A stretch of DNA of 63,736 nucleotides, filler included, from Octopus bimaculoides (Eukaryota), in the NCBI RefSeq assembly GCF_001194135.2. It is 4 parts of 4 records of this genome, joined end to end, with 100 filler letters (N's around TTAATTAATTAA, not from the genome) between each part and the next. Parts side by side here need not be neighbours in the genome. Positions count along the whole stretch, not along the records: positions 59,110 to 63,736 come from NC_068990.1; 3 more parts are not named here. One strand, 5' to 3'. Of the stretch, positions 60,845 through 63,736 are shown piece after piece; the stretch's first letter is position 1, and every line of letters starts with the position of its first letter. A model generated the notes under the pieces. That model was given only the letters and a program-made list of their open reading frames with translations, had not been told where the DNA came from and did not search any database. The translations under genes and the position numbers were made by a program.

Positions 60845-61230
60845 TTTATTCTTTTAGTTCTTTCAGTCATTTGACTGTAGCCATGCTGGGGAATCGCATT
60901 TAGTCGAACAAAACGACCCCAGTACTTATTTTTTGGATGCCTAGTACTTATTCTATCGGTCTCTTTTGCCGAACCGCTAAGTTACGGGGACATAAACACA
61001 CCACCATCGGTTGTCAAGCGATGTTGGGGGGGGGGGGCAGACACAGACACACACATACATACATATATATATATACATATATACGACGGGTTTCCTTTCA
61101 GTTTCCGTCTACCAAATCCACTCACAAAGCTTTGGTCGGCCCGAAGACATTTGCCCAAGGTGCCACGCAGATGGACTGAACCCGCAACCATGTGGTTGGT
61201 AAGCAAGATACTTACCACACAGCCACTCGA
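60845..61230 (-). mobile_element. SINE B copy
   Basis: Family sequence. Confidence 0.85.
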
Positions 61231-61689
61231 CCTACGGTTTAATCGCAAAATAATTTTTATTCATTACGACGTAGATACCGCGAGATAGCGTTTTTTAACG
61301 TGTTTGTTTATACTTTTAGAAATATAAAGACTGCTAAAATATCTGCAATACAACTTTCTACGGATATATTAAAAAAACGATTTTTCAATTTATAAGTTTA
61401 ATCCAGCGTCGACGAATTTATATTGATTCCTGTATCCTTTCATATTTGTTGTATGTTATTGAAGAAATAGAATGCAAAGTAGAAAAAAAAATGGTTTAAA
61501 TTTACTGTCGTTAATTATACAAAATATAAACTTGTCTAATGAATTTAGAAATACAGTCCACCACCATACCCCTGCTCCTCCTGCTCCTCCTCCTCCTAAT
61601 CATCATCAATAACAGCAACACTATTAAGATAAGTATTTTACTATCAGTTTCTTGCAGGGGCAGAAGAGAAATTTATTGTTGAGAATGCA

Positions 61690-62030
61690 CACACTGACAC
61701 TGTCGGTTACGACGACAAGGGTTCCAGTTGATCCAATCAACGGAATAGCCTATTCATGAAATTAACGTGAAACTAACGTGAAAGTGGCTGAGCACTCCAC
61801 CAGCACACGTAGCCTTAACATACTTCTTAAGGATATTGAGCGTGACATGGAATGTGACAAGGCCGGCCCTCTGATATACAGCTAGTATTCATTTCTGCCA
61901 GCTGAGTGGACTGAAGCAATGTGACATGATGTGTTTTGCTGAAGGAAACATCGCGTTGCCGGGAATCGAATTCTCGACCTTAAGATCGTAAGCCGAATAC
62001 ATTAACCACCAAGCTACACACCTTCACTGC
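61690..62030 (-). mobile_element. Diverged SINE C-related copy
   Basis: GGGTTCCAGTTGATCC.ATCAACGGAATAGCC tail; tRNA-like head near 61960-62030. Confidence 0.7.
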
Positions 62031-63464
62031 ACTAGATTATATAATGTTTATACAGTTACCATACATCAATAAACGCCACATGTGATGTATGTGAATTTTC
62101 CTAAATTCAGACAAAACAGCCAAATCAAATTCTAGATTCGTCACTTCGACATTTTGTAGCCTTTATTTCACGATACAGCTGTAATATACTTATTGATTGC
62201 TGTTGTTTTCTTCTGTTGAAGTTATTATCGATTTGTTTTGATCGATACGTTGTTGGTGAGAAAGTAGTAACAGGAGGCCACATCACTAAAGTGCCGTCAC
62301 CAATCAAAAAACCGAATGAGAGATGATTCGTGTTTTGTCACATTCACACATCGAATTTAAATAACTACAGCCCACCTCTAAATCTTTAACTATTACAGAT
62401 AGATTTTCTTTCTTTTAGTCAAGATTAAAGGCTGATGACTTTTTAGAGGGAGTCGACATTGATGGGCGGAAGGAAGGAAAGTATCACCAAACCAGAGGCT
62501 TGGCTGCAATGCTTGGGGTACACAAGGTACCAGATGATAGTGTTAAACCGGGCAACGAGGGAAAAGTCTACCGCTTAAGTAAGCCATGGCAGGATTTGTA
62601 ATCAGAACGCAAAAGGCTGGAACAAATATTGAAAGGTGTCTTATCTGGCATTCTTACTGTTCCACCAATCCTCCTGCTCCCCACCCCACACAAATTTTTT
62701 AATCCTCTTGGATCTGTTCGTTTTTATTTATCGACCCCAAAAGCAATTTGTTCTTAGTAGAGAGTCAAAACAAGTACCACGAGGTATTCAGTTTCAGACC
62801 GAAGCTCTAACGATTCTGCCATGCTACTGCCTGCGCTTAATTTAGATAACTTATGAGTGTGAGGCTACTTTTTCTAGCATTTCGAACAACTACATTGAAG
62901 CTACCTGGTTGATATCTCTTGGGGTTGGATATTGGATTTTGGTGTTTAACCTTGATCGTGTAGGGCTATAATATAAAGCGTTCTGGCCTTAACCACCTCA
63001 TTCTTTTTCAGGATATTAAGGTGTCGTATGAGGATAATTAATGACTGGCATTTCTAACAATTTGAGTAGTCACAAAGAAGCCAGCTTGTTGGTTCGTCCT
63101 ATATACTAATGACTGATATTGTTGATAAGTCCCTGATCGAGTAGACTTATGAGTGCTCCAGACTTGGCTATCCCATATTTTAAGGACTGACAAGGATTGT
63201 TATGAGGGCAGCCTCTCATTCATTTCTAACAATTGCCCTTAGAAACTCTCTTGGCTTTATGAATTTGGATTGTGTGTATGTATGTGTGTGTGTATTCATA
63301 TATATACACATACGTGTGTGTGGGTGCATATTTGTACGCTTGCGTGTGTATGGTAGGCCACAGAGATGCATTTACATTTACTACATATTTTGAGCATGTT
63401 TCCTCTCGTTCACTTCGTGTTATTCAGAACGACGAAGCCTTATGTTTAGTTGTTTTCAATTGCG

Positions 63465-63654
63465 GCGACGATCTGGCAGACTCGTTAGCACGCTGGGCAT
63501 CCGTCTTTACGTTCTGAGTTCAAATTCCGCCTAGGTCGACTTCCCCTTTCATCCTTTCGGGGTCGATAAATTAAGTACCAATGAAACACTGGGGTCGATG
63601 TTATCGACTAGTACCCCTTCCCCAAATGTCGGGCTTTGTGTCTATAATAGAAGG

Positions 63655-63695
<41 letters not shown>

Positions 63696-63736
63696 GGCGG
63701 AAAGCTAACAGAATCGTTAGCACACCGGGCGGAATG
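63465..63736 (+). mobile_element. SINE A copy, (ATT)n tail, and the start of another SINE A
   Basis: Family sequence; truncated by the window end. Confidence 0.8.

Overview
AT-rich, repeat-dense eukaryotic DNA, most likely from an octopod cephalopod (inferred from the SINE, LINE and microsatellite landscape). The window is not one continuous locus. Three identical 100-bp linkers (44 N + TTAATTAATTAA + 44 N) join four separately assembled pieces: 1-25741, 25842-52289, 52390-59009 and 59110-63736. One gene is clearly identifiable: the last nine coding exons of Integrator complex subunit 9 (INTS9) on the minus strand (25673 to 17013; 852 nt, 283 aa plus stop), cut off at the first linker. There is also one unassigned 201-nt exon candidate (59484-59684, minus) and a few micro-exon candidates. 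The rest is transposon debris: three tRNA-derived SINE families, RTE, CR1-like and RLE-type (R4/Dong-like, CRE-like) LINE fragments, mariner remnants and MITEs, a Merlin-like MITE with internal TTAGGG repeats, and Penelope-like element (PLE) fragments. The most notable signals are type I hammerhead ribozyme motifs read directly from the sequence (15070-15153 minus; 25934-26012 plus; a mutated copy at 60483-60563). All have a palindromic stem III, the dimer-type architecture, and an unusually long stem II. One lies in a PLE 3' region; the other lies in a small, apparently non-coding, retrozyme-like repeat of about 466 bp. All homology calls come from reading translations by eye, not from database searches.
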